From positions 1 through 64,000 of the forward strand of contig JBBCKI010000001.1 in NCBI GenBank assembly GCA_037190965.1: a stretch of 64,000 bases of DNA, read 5' to 3'. The first letter of the stretch is position 1. Each line of letters begins with the position of its first letter. The translations under genes and the position numbers were made by a program. The stretch is from Chthoniobacteraceae bacterium (lineage in GTDB: Bacteria; Verrucomicrobiota; Verrucomicrobiia; Chthoniobacterales; Chthoniobacteraceae). The notes beneath the pieces are model-generated. The model had not been told where the DNA came from. It saw only the letters and a list, made by a program, of their open reading frames with translations, and searched no databases. Positions 26,975 to 36,611 of the stretch are shown piece by piece.

Positions 26975-27925
26975 ATGAAATTTCCCGCGCTCGACTGGAG
27001 CAAAATCAAGACCTTTTCAATTTCGGAACGCCCCAACAAGGTGGCCGTGGAAGATTTCGGGACCCCGCACACCCCGGGTGGCTCCTTTGCCGGGTTCCTT
27101 GCCGGGCTGCCGAACTTTCTGGCCGCGAGCGATTTCGGCAAGATCGTGGAAGCGATGGCCAACACGGTGCGAGGGGGCAAGACCGTCCTGCTGATGATGG
27201 GGGCGCACCCGATCAAGTGCGGCCTCAACCCGATCCTCGTCGATGCCATGCGCTCCGGGTTGATCCACGGTGTCGCGTTCAACGGCGCGGGAGCGATCCA
27301 CGATTTCGAAACTGCCTTTCAGGGCGAGACTAGCGAGGATGTCCAGCGCGGCCTCGATGACGGCACCTTCGGTATGGCCGATGAAACTGGTCGCCTGATG
27401 AACGCCGCGATGGCAGACGGAGCCTGCAAGGGCGTCGGCGCGGGGCAGGCGCTCGGCGAAACGATGGGCGCGTTCCCTAACCGGCATCTCAGCATCCTGC
27501 GCACCGGGGTGGAATGCGGCATCCCTGTCACCGTGCATATTGCCCTCGGCACCGACATCATCCACCAACACCCGACCGCCAACGGAGCGGCACTGGGCGA
27601 GGCGAGCTTCCTCGATTTCCAGCGGTTCGCCTCGGTCGTGGCGACGCTGGAAGGTGGCGTGGTCCTCAATGTCGGCAGCGCGGTCATCATGCCGGAGGTC
27701 TTCCTGAAAGCGCTGACCGTCGCGCGGAATCTGGGCAACAGCGCCCGCCAGTTCACCACGGCCACCTTCGATATGATTCGCCAATATCGCCCGTCGGAAA
27801 ATGTCGTCCGCAGGCCGACGCATCTCGGCGGGCGCGGTTATTATATCGTCGGGCACCATGAGTTGATGATTCCATTGCTTTTCGCCGCCGTGAAGGAGCG
27901 GCTTGCCCAACCTGACCAATCATGA
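26975..27925 (+). CDS. Conserved protein of unknown function, deoxyhypusine-synthase-like fold
   Basis: MGAH.IKCG, NGAG.IHDFE, G.TSEDV, TVH...GTDI.H, GG..LN.GSAV.MPEVFLKA, GHHE.M.P. Coupled (ATGA) to the heptose kinase. Confidence 0.75.
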   Translation: MKFPALDWSKIKTFSISERPNKVAVEDFGTPHTPGGSFAGFLAGLPNFLAASDFGKIVEAMANTVRGGKTVLLMMGAHPIKCGLNPILVDAMRSGLIHGVAFNGAGAIHDFETAFQGETSEDVQRGLDDGTFGMADETGRLMNAAMADGACKGVGAGQALGETMGAFPNRHLSILRTGVECGIPVTVHIALGTDIIHQHPTANGAALGEASFLDFQRFASVVATLEGGVVLNVGSAVIMPEVFLKALTVARNLGNSARQFTTATFDMIRQYRPSENVVRRPTHLGGRGYYIVGHHELMIPLLFAAVKERLAQPDQS

Positions 27926-28929
27926 ACCAAACCCGTTTCCAGCAAATCGCCAGTCGTTTCCCCGAGTTGAAATTGCTCGTCGTCGGCGACCTGATCCTGG
28001 ACGAGTTCATCTGGGGCAAGGTGCGTCGCATCTCCCCGGAAGCTCCAGTACCGGTGGTGGAGGTCAACCGCGAAACCTACTACCCGGGTGGCGCGGCCAA
28101 CGTGGCGCGGAATCTTCGCGAGTTTGCCAATCATATCTTCCTGCTCGGGTTGACCGGCTGCGACCCGCACGCGGATCGGCTCAAAGGCTTGCTAAAGGAA
28201 GAGCGCATCCAGCTCGACTGCCTGCTGGACGACCCCGCCTACCAGACCATCGTAAAAACCCGCATCATCGCCCACCATCAGCAGATGGTCCGCGTGGACC
28301 GGGAGACCAAGCGGGGCCTTTCGCCGATCCAGGTCGAGGAGGCGCTGAGGCGGCTCGACACGCTGATCCACGAGATCGACGGCATCATCATCGAAGATTA
28401 CGGCAAGGGGCTTCTCTCCCAGGAGCTGGTGGACGCCATCGTCGCCCGCGCCCGCGCCGCCGGGAAGATCGTGACCGTCGATCCAAACCCTTGCAACGAC
28501 TTTGCGTGGAACGACGTCGCGACGATCAAGCCGAACCGTTCGGAAGCCTTTGCCACCGCCGGAAAACCGCACAGCGACCCCGTTGATCCGCCGACGCAGG
28601 ACACGGCGTTGCTGGAGGTGGGAGAGACGCTGATGAAGCGATGGGCCACGGAGAGCCTGCTCGTGACGCTCGGCGAACAGGGGATCATGCTTTTCCACCG
28701 CGACAACGAGCCGTTCCACATTCCCACGCAAGCGCGCGAGGTGTTCGACGTCTCCGGCGCGGGCGACACCGTTATCGCCCTGTTCACGCTCTCGCTCTGC
28801 GCGGGTGCCACCCCGGCGGAAGCGGCGGAGATCGCCAACCAGGCGAGCGGAATCGTCGTCGGCAAACTCGGCACGGCCACGGTCTCGTATGAGGAACTGC
28901 TCGCCACCTTCACGGCGGACGCGCGATGA
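27922..28929 (+). CDS. rfaE1: D-glycero-beta-D-manno-heptose-7-phosphate kinase (HldE kinase domain / HldA)
   Basis: VGDLILD, RISPEAPVPVV, GGAANVA.N, DYGKG, VFDVSGAGDTV, VVGKLGTA. Confidence 0.93.
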   Translation: MNQTRFQQIASRFPELKLLVVGDLILDEFIWGKVRRISPEAPVPVVEVNRETYYPGGAANVARNLREFANHIFLLGLTGCDPHADRLKGLLKEERIQLDCLLDDPAYQTIVKTRIIAHHQQMVRVDRETKRGLSPIQVEEALRRLDTLIHEIDGIIIEDYGKGLLSQELVDAIVARARAAGKIVTVDPNPCNDFAWNDVATIKPNRSEAFATAGKPHSDPVDPPTQDTALLEVGETLMKRWATESLLVTLGEQGIMLFHRDNEPFHIPTQAREVFDVSGAGDTVIALFTLSLCAGATPAEAAEIANQASGIVVGKLGTATVSYEELLATFTADAR

Positions 28930-28967
28930 GAGCGTCCGGGAGAAAGACGAGGGCCTGCGGCCAGGTG

Positions 28968-29055
28968 CGGCGTCGCGGAGCTCCGCCCTCCGTCCAAGGT
29001 CGCTGCCGCGCCCGTTTGCCGCGAGGTCGAGGGAGGGCGGAGTTCCGCGACGCCG
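28968..29055. repeat. REP doublet family 3 (GGAG-type), copy 1
   Basis: cggcgtcgcggagctccgccctcc, 40 bp spacer, ggagggcggagttccgcgacgccg. Confidence 0.8.
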
Positions 29056-29122
29056 GGACCGCCGAAGGCGCTTATCTTTGCCTTTCTCCTCAAGCCATTC
29101 GCCTGCCCACGGCTTCACCCAA

Positions 29123-29668
29123 ATGACTCCCGCCGTTTTTCTCGACCGCGACGGAACCTTGATGGAAGAGGTGCATTACTGTGCCGATCCCGGCCTCGTC
29201 CGCCTCTTCCCCGGCACGGCCGACGCATTGCGCCGGCTTAAAGATCGCGGCTTTCTTCTTGTCATCATCACCAACCAGAGCGGAATCGGCCGGGGGATGA
29301 TCTCTTTGTCCCAATACGAGGCCGTCCACGCCGAACTGCTGCGCCAGATTAACGAAGGGCAGCGCGACCTGATCGACGCCACCTATTTTTGCCCCGACGC
29401 GCCCCCCACCCCCTCTTCGCGGCGCAAGCCGGAGCCGGGGATGGTGCTGGAGGCGGCTCGCGACCTCGGGATCGATCTCGCGCGCTCCTGGTTCGTGGGC
29501 GACAAGGAGGCGGACATCGGCTGCGGCCGCCGTGCGGGAACGCAAACAATCCTCGTACAAACCGGTTACGGATTGCAGGAAACGGAGGCAGAACCCGATT
29601 TTCTAGCGAAAGATGTTGTCGCTGCCGCCGGGATCATCTTAGAGCATTGTGATGCCAACAGCCGATAA
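29123..29668 (+). CDS. gmhB: D,D-heptose 1,7-bisphosphate phosphatase
   Basis: AVFLDRDGT, ITNQSGI.RG, RKP.PGM, S..VGDK..DI. Confidence 0.93.
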   Translation: MTPAVFLDRDGTLMEEVHYCADPGLVRLFPGTADALRRLKDRGFLLVIITNQSGIGRGMISLSQYEAVHAELLRQINEGQRDLIDATYFCPDAPPTPSSRRKPEPGMVLEAARDLGIDLARSWFVGDKEADIGCGRRAGTQTILVQTGYGLQETEAEPDFLAKDVVAAAGIILEHCDANSR

Positions 29669-30473
29669 AAGCGTCGTCGCCATTCTTCCCGCCCGGTGGG
29701 GGTCGACCCGCTTTCCCGGCAAACCGCTATTTCCCATCGCGGGCAAGCCGTTGATCCAGCACGTCTGGGAGCGCACCTCCAGCGCGCGATCCATCTCCCG
29801 CGTCATCGTCGCCACCGACGACACCCGCATCGCGGAGGCCGCCGAAGCCTTCGGCGCGGAAGTGGCGCTTACCTCGCCTCACCACCGGAGCGGCACCGAC
29901 CGCATCGCTGAAGTCGCCCGGAAGCTCAAGGGGATCTCCCACGTCATCAACGTGCAGGGCGACGAACCGCTGATCGATCCCGCGCTCCTCAATCGCCTCG
30001 CCAAAGCCATGCTGGCCGACCCCGAGCTGGGGATGATCACCGCCGCCAACGTATTTACGCCGGACGAAGACGTGACAAATCCCAACGCCGTCAAGGTGAT
30101 CCTCGACCGCAAAGGCAACGCGCTTTATTTTTCCCGCAGCCCCATCCCGTATCTCCGCGACGCGCAGAACAAGGCGGACGCCCCGCCGTACCTGCGGCAT
30201 CAGGGGCTCTACGGCTACTCCCTCCCCTTCCTCCTCCAGTTCGTGAAATGGAAGCCCTCGCCGCTGGAGAAAACTGAACAACTCGAACAGTTGCGCGCGC
30301 TCGAAAACGGAGGCAAGATTCGGGTATTGATCACGCAGAGCGCCTCGGTGGGGGTGGATACTTTCGAGGACGTCGCCAAGGCCGAAAGCCTGCTGGGTGG
30401 GGTTGCGGCCTCCAAGCCTAAAGCGTCCAAAGCGCCCAAAAAGGCATCCAAAGCGACAAAGAAGGGCCGCTGA
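29649..30473 (+). CDS. kdsB: 3-deoxy-manno-octulosonate cytidylyltransferase
   Basis: PARWGSTRFPGKPL, ATDD, SGTDR, NVQGDEP, LYFSR, LEQLRALE. Confidence 0.96.
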   Translation: MMPTADKSVVAILPARWGSTRFPGKPLFPIAGKPLIQHVWERTSSARSISRVIVATDDTRIAEAAEAFGAEVALTSPHHRSGTDRIAEVARKLKGISHVINVQGDEPLIDPALLNRLAKAMLADPELGMITAANVFTPDEDVTNPNAVKVILDRKGNALYFSRSPIPYLRDAQNKADAPPYLRHQGLYGYSLPFLLQFVKWKPSPLEKTEQLEQLRALENGGKIRVLITQSASVGVDTFEDVAKAESLLGGVAASKPKASKAPKKASKATKKGR

Positions 30474-32093
<1,620 letters not shown>

Positions 32094-32123
32094 GCCGAGT
32101 GCAATCGGCTGCGACGGCAAAAA

Positions 32124-32294
32124 GGTAGCCCGCTCGCGCCGCCCACCGCGGGATGGGCGCAGAACCGCATTTTACGCCCATCCCCGCAGGACGGGCACAA
32201 CCTCCTGCTCGCCGGGATGCGGCCCTCATGAAGCCACGGGAGCCGATACCCACGCTCGGCGGCGCGAGCGGGCTACCGGTGCTACCGCACCATT
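32124..32294 (-). repeat. REPIN family 1, copy 3
   Basis: GGTAGCCCGCTCGCGCCG ... GGCGCGAGCGGGCTACC-ggtgctaccgcaccatt. Confidence 0.88.
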
Positions 32295-32326
32295 TGGCGG
32301 GCCTTTTCCCTCGTTTCCTCGTTTCC

Positions 32327-32478
32327 CTCGTTACCAATCTCCAGATTGGTAATGCCATTGTCCCCGAATCTCTGATTCGAAAGCCTTGTCGTCTCGTGCA
32401 GGGTGCCAGAACGGACGGGTTTGCGAAACTGGAGTTTCGAAGACACGGGGCGTTCCCAAAACAGAGTTTGGGAACGAG
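32327..32478 (+). repeat. Palindromic repeat family 2 (CTCGTT..-type REPIN/MITE), copy 1
   Basis: ctcgttaccaatctccagattggtaa ... cgttcccaaaacagagtttgggaacgag; four internal hairpins; preceded by iterated ctcgttt stubs. Confidence 0.88.
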
Positions 32479-32524
32479 GAAAAAATTGGCGCACCTTTTC
32501 CTGCCTCGGAACACTAGGCACGCA

Positions 32525-34864
32525 TCACGGCGACTCCAGCCAGACGTGGAAGCGAACCACCTGGCTGAAACGGGGCAACTCAACTTCCCTAACGCGGCGG
32601 CATTGCGCGATCTTGGCGCGAACCATCTCCGCATCATAGACCGGGCCGTAACAGTGGCCGTAGCCGATGCGTGGCTCCCGGTCGAGGATCGGCAACATCG
32701 CTTCCGCGTTGGCGATCTCATCGTCAAGGATCTGCTCCAACACCTTCAGCCGCGCCTTGAACTCCGCTTCGGAGCATGGCTCATTCTGAAGCCGGTCGCG
32801 CGCCTGATAGAAACGAACCACGTTTTCCACCGTGCTCAAATGGCTCCCAAGGGCTTCGCAAAAGTCGAGCTCCATCCTGGCTCTTGATCCAGCTTCCGCG
32901 CCCGCCAGTTGCTCGCGCAGGATCGCCATCCCCTCCATCCATTGGGCGCGGCATTTCCCTATCAACTCCAGATAACGCGAAACGCCAAACGGCAGAGTCA
33001 TGAGGAGATCGCTAACATAGCGCGGTTTTGCCCGCCGCTGCAGTTCCTCCAATTCCTCCGCACTGGCCATCTCGGCGGCGTCGCCCCGCACCGTGCGGAA
33101 AGAAATCGGAAGATCATAGTGATCCTGAACATCGAAGATCAACGGATGCGCGGGCCCAAGATAGAAAGGGCCGCGCATGTAGGCGGCGCGCTCGCCGCAG
33201 GTCATCGCGGAATAGGGAAACGCCTCCCACGCCTCGCTCAGCCTGCGCCAACCCTCCAGCACCCGCGCGGTTCTCTCCGCATCGAGCCCGAAGTCGCGCT
33301 GACAGTACGTGACTAGGCATGTCTCGCCAATTTCCTCTTCGCCCCACGTCGCCTTGTATTGCCACTCCTCGGGCGGCGTCGCATTCATGCCGAAAAAACG
33401 CCACTGCCCCACGAACCCCGCGATGCCGGTAGCCTTCATCGCCTTGAGGCGCGCCAGCCACCGGAAATGCAACGGCAGGTAAGGGAGAAAGAACGCGTCC
33501 GGGGTGGTATTCGTTTCGACCTTGGCGAAGATCGGTCGTCTTTTGGAATGAAGATACCCAGCCTGCCTGTCAAAGATCCGGCTCGGGCCGACGCATTTGA
33601 TGTTGTAGTCAAAAAAATGCGCGCCGCCCTCCGTCGAGGCATCAGCGTCGCCGCAGTCGAAGTTGCTTAAGACCGAGACGGATGGGTCGAGATGATCGAT
33701 CCAGCGAAGTTGAGCGGAATCTTCAGACGCCCAGATGAAGGCCGAATAGGGCCAGGCATAGAGAGCCTTGTGGGCTCCCGTCTTTTTGATCGCTCCGGCG
33801 ATAAGATTACTGAGCCGCGCCACTTCAACGGAAGGCGATTTTCCTTTGCAATGTGGGCAATTGGTATCGCCGTTGGCCGAGTGGGCAGGCCGGGTAAAGC
33901 AGTGATAGAACGACTCCCCGCCAATGATCATGATGCCACCCGCAATCTCCGGAGCCGCCGAGAAAATGGCTTCCACCGTTTCGGCATAAGCCCGATGAAC
34001 CGTTTCGCTCCCGCTGCAAAGATTATGCCACGGCTTGCCGCTGACCTCCTCAATAAAGATCTCCACCCGCGCCCCACGCGCCTCCGGGTGCGCGAGAAAG
34101 ACCGGATGATTTTCGATCAAAGGCGGTGTGCCGAGTTGCAGATAGAGATCGATGCCAAAACGCGCGATGCGCTGGCAAAGAGCTCGCAGGGCGGCCATCT
34201 GCTTCTCGAACCCTGGCGCATTCAGTTCCGGCAGGGCCTTACTCTGGAACACATCCCAGAGCGAAAGATTAAGGTGAATCCCGTTCGCTCCATAGTGAGA
34301 CAGGAGCGAAAGGTATTCATCGGAGAATGTGCCGGGCGACTCCGGCGTCTGATACCCATGAATGAAGACGCCATTGGAAAGGCGCGGCATGAACGCGGGC
34401 TGGCGACGAAAGGTTCCAACTACAAGAAACGGCCCGCCGCGATCCGCCATGAGCCACTCCAGATAGTGCGTTCCATGAAGAAGGCCACGCTCGTGATTCG
34501 CGCGGATCTCGATCCCATCGGGCGAAATCGCTAGTTCAAAAGCCTCGGTCTCCGGATTCTGGGGATCAGGCTCTCCAAGGATCGGCTCAGACAATTGCCA
34601 CACAATCTCGGGGCCGTTAACTGAAACCATTTCGGAAAACCGAACCTCCAGACACTCCCGGCAGAACTGACGGAAATCTTCCATCATTCTGCCCGTAAGC
34701 GGTGTGCATGGCGCGTCGAGACGAAGCGCCCAGGCCGCGCTCAGTTCCACTTCGCCTTCACTTTTCTGCGCCGCCGCGTCCTTCCGACGCCGAAAACGAA
34801 AGTGTTCCCGGTCGAGGAACTCCATGAAGGCGTCGGTGCGCTGGAGATGAGAAGCTGTTGTCAT
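32525..34864 (-). CDS. Large uncharacterised protein; glycoside-hydrolase-like (GH20-type N-domain plus probable TIM barrel)
   Basis: EAFEL.IS.DGIEI.A...RGLLHG N-domain; YL..L..YG.NG; GGES..HC. No signal peptide. Confidence 0.6.
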   Translation of the reverse strand: MTTASHLQRTDAFMEFLDREHFRFRRRKDAAAQKSEGEVELSAAWALRLDAPCTPLTGRMMEDFRQFCRECLEVRFSEMVSVNGPEIVWQLSEPILGEPDPQNPETEAFELAISPDGIEIRANHERGLLHGTHYLEWLMADRGGPFLVVGTFRRQPAFMPRLSNGVFIHGYQTPESPGTFSDEYLSLLSHYGANGIHLNLSLWDVFQSKALPELNAPGFEKQMAALRALCQRIARFGIDLYLQLGTPPLIENHPVFLAHPEARGARVEIFIEEVSGKPWHNLCSGSETVHRAYAETVEAIFSAAPEIAGGIMIIGGESFYHCFTRPAHSANGDTNCPHCKGKSPSVEVARLSNLIAGAIKKTGAHKALYAWPYSAFIWASEDSAQLRWIDHLDPSVSVLSNFDCGDADASTEGGAHFFDYNIKCVGPSRIFDRQAGYLHSKRRPIFAKVETNTTPDAFFLPYLPLHFRWLARLKAMKATGIAGFVGQWRFFGMNATPPEEWQYKATWGEEEIGETCLVTYCQRDFGLDAERTARVLEGWRRLSEAWEAFPYSAMTCGERAAYMRGPFYLGPAHPLIFDVQDHYDLPISFRTVRGDAAEMASAEELEELQRRAKPRYVSDLLMTLPFGVSRYLELIGKCRAQWMEGMAILREQLAGAEAGSRARMELDFCEALGSHLSTVENVVRFYQARDRLQNEPCSEAEFKARLKVLEQILDDEIANAEAMLPILDREPRIGYGHCYGPVYDAEMVRAKIAQCRRVREVELPRFSQVVRFHVWLESP

Positions 34865-34917
34865 CGAGGTCAATCGCTAGTGAGAAGTCGTGGTATCGGC
34901 GGCGATCTGGGCAGCAG
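34829..34917 (+). repeat. Direct duplication, copy A (deacetylase 3' end + GH-like gene 5' start)
   Basis: Matches 35077-35162 with 2 substitutions and a 3 bp indel. Confidence 0.92.
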
Positions 34918-34922
34918 CCTTC

Positions 34923-35072
34923 CTCGTTACCAATCTCCAGATTGGTAATGCCCTTGTCCCCGAATCTCTGATTCGAAAACCTTGTCATCTCGTGAAGCGT
35001 GACGGGGCGGACAGGTTTGCGAAACTGGAGTTTCGAAGACACGGACGTTCCCAAACAGAGTTTGGAAACGAG
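34923..35072 (+). repeat. Palindromic repeat family 2, copy 2
   Basis: Co-linear and highly similar to 32327-32478; same orientation. Confidence 0.9.
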
Positions 35073-35076
35073 CCGC

Positions 35077-35162
35077 GGCGTCGGTGCGCTGGAGATGAGA
35101 AGCTGTTGTCATCGGGGTCAATCGCTAGTGAGAAGTCGTGGCGGCGGCGATCTGGGCGGCAG
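35077..35162 (+). repeat. Direct duplication, copy B
   Basis: ggcgtcggtgcgctggagatgagaagctgttgtcatcg.ggtcaatcgctagtgagaagtcgtgg shared with copy A. Confidence 0.92.
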
Positions 35163-36021
35163 TCTTGAAAATCGCCCCCCGCTTTTTGAGTCCCGCAATA
35201 AGAACATCCAACTGCTCCAAAGCATAGTCTCCACAGTTGGCGACGATAAATGGATCCGGAAAGACACCGCCCTCGCCGAAGGAGATCAACCCCTGCGGCA
35301 TCGGGTAAAACTCCCAGGGATGAAAATAGAACGAGAGCACCTTTCGCCCGACGCCCCGCGTCTCAAGATAAGCGAGGAAGTTATCGATGTTGCAAAGGAG
35401 TCGTTCCGCCGATTCCGTGCGGAACTTCGGCCATTGATCGCGATCGCGCCCATACTCGTCGGAACTCTCCAAACTCAAGTCGGCAAAGTTCGGAATCTGC
35501 ACCAGCCGCATATCTCCTTCCCGCGTCCAATCCTCCGCGCTGGGGTGATACGGCTCCAGGCGGTCGCGGTAAAAGTACATCGGATACGACGCGTCGCTCC
35601 CATATCCCAGATCCTCCAACGCATTGCAGACGGCGGTGGACCCGAAAAGACGAGGGCACCGGAAGCTGACCGGCCGCACCCCGGCAATTTCCTCCACCCA
35701 GCGGGTATTGAGGTCAAGCCGTGGCTTCACCTCATGCGGCAGGAGCGGATAGACGCCGGGGATGGGGAAGATCGCGTCACCCACCGTCTCGTGATAGAGG
35801 CTGTGCGTCCCGATCTCATGCCCTGCCTCCCCCACTTGAAGAACGCTTTCGGGAACTTCGCGGGCCGAAAGGCCGACGAAGTAGAACGTCCCCGTGACTC
35901 CGTGGTTACGGAAAATTTCCAGCACCTTCGGGGTCCCATGGCGGAGCCCTTCGTGGAACGGAGTCCACGAACCGACGTCGGTTTCCATATCGAAACCGAG
36001 CAAGACTTCAAAAGAGTTCAT
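35125..36021 (-). CDS. Polysaccharide deacetylase (CE4/NodB-like)
   Basis: LGFDME, GTFYFVG, GHEIGTHSLYH, SFRCP, Y..DAS, FYFHPWEF. Confidence 0.88.
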   Translation of the reverse strand: MNSFEVLLGFDMETDVGSWTPFHEGLRHGTPKVLEIFRNHGVTGTFYFVGLSAREVPESVLQVGEAGHEIGTHSLYHETVGDAIFPIPGVYPLLPHEVKPRLDLNTRWVEEIAGVRPVSFRCPRLFGSTAVCNALEDLGYGSDASYPMYFYRDRLEPYHPSAEDWTREGDMRLVQIPNFADLSLESSDEYGRDRDQWPKFRTESAERLLCNIDNFLAYLETRGVGRKVLSFYFHPWEFYPMPQGLISFGEGGVFPDPFIVANCGDYALEQLDVLIAGLKKRGAIFKTAAQIAAATTSH

Positions 36022-36042
36022 CGTGAGGGATTTCTTGGGAAT

Positions 36043-36210
36043 CTAGTAGCTTGTAACAAGGAAAATGGCGCATACAGCGCCGGATTTTTGGTTCAGGGCA
36101 AGGCGGAAGCCCAACGGTGCTATCTGAAGATAACACCTTGGGCTGACAACGCAGCCCTGGGCCAAAAAAAACAAGCCAGATGCGTCATTTTGTCTGTTAC
36201 AAGGTATTAG
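36043..36210. repeat. Long imperfect palindrome, ERIC-like/MITE-like (family 4)
   Basis: Paired arms cttgtaaca/tgttacaag, aaaatggcgcat/atgcgtcatttt, ttttggttcagggc/gccctgggccaaaa, agcccaa/ttgggct, ggtgctatct/agataacacc. Confidence 0.8.
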
Positions 36211-36611
36211 CACGCAGTGGCGGGAAAGCCCATCACTGTATAGTACGCGAGATTGGGCTGGCGAATATCCATCCGCCCGATCTGTGCGACCACCGGCCCG
36301 TCGCACTCCAGCACGAGGCTGTATTGCCCCTCGGGGATTTGCAATTTCTCCTCCCCAAGCGGCTCATCGGTCCGGTAACAAAGAACGCGGCGCGCGGGAA
36401 TGGGCGTTAGCGCGATGCGCCACGGTTCCTTGTCAGAGAAATAGACGTGCAGGATCGGATGCACCGTCTTGTCCCCGGTGTTAAGAGCCACGAGCGATTC
36501 ATGCCCGTGCGTGTCGCAGTTCTTCAGCGCGGGGTCGTAGGGATCATGCGGCGGAATGTCTCCGTCGGGAAACACCCAGACCTTGTGTCCAAGATGGGTG
36601 GGCGCGCTCAT
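36207..36611 (-). CDS. Anabaena sensory rhodopsin transducer (ASRT) family protein
   Basis: G.K.W.FPDG.IP, HES...LNTGD, YF.D.EP, Y....E.D.PVV.Q..R.D.RQ..LA. Confidence 0.85.
   Translation of the reverse strand: MSAPTHLGHKVWVFPDGDIPPHDPYDPALKNCDTHGHESLVALNTGDKTVHPILHVYFSDKEPWRIALTPIPARRVLCYRTDEPLGEEKLQIPEGQYSLVLECDGPVVAQIGRMDIRQPNLAYYTVMGFPATAC

Noticed and set aside
32153..32887. 244 aa ORF (and similar ORFs at 34999 and 52426)
   Set aside because: Translations of REP repeats plus antisense coding DNA.
36207..36611. Light-sensing (sensory rhodopsin) system
   Set aside because: No rhodopsin or retinal genes nearby; the context is carbohydrate metabolism.
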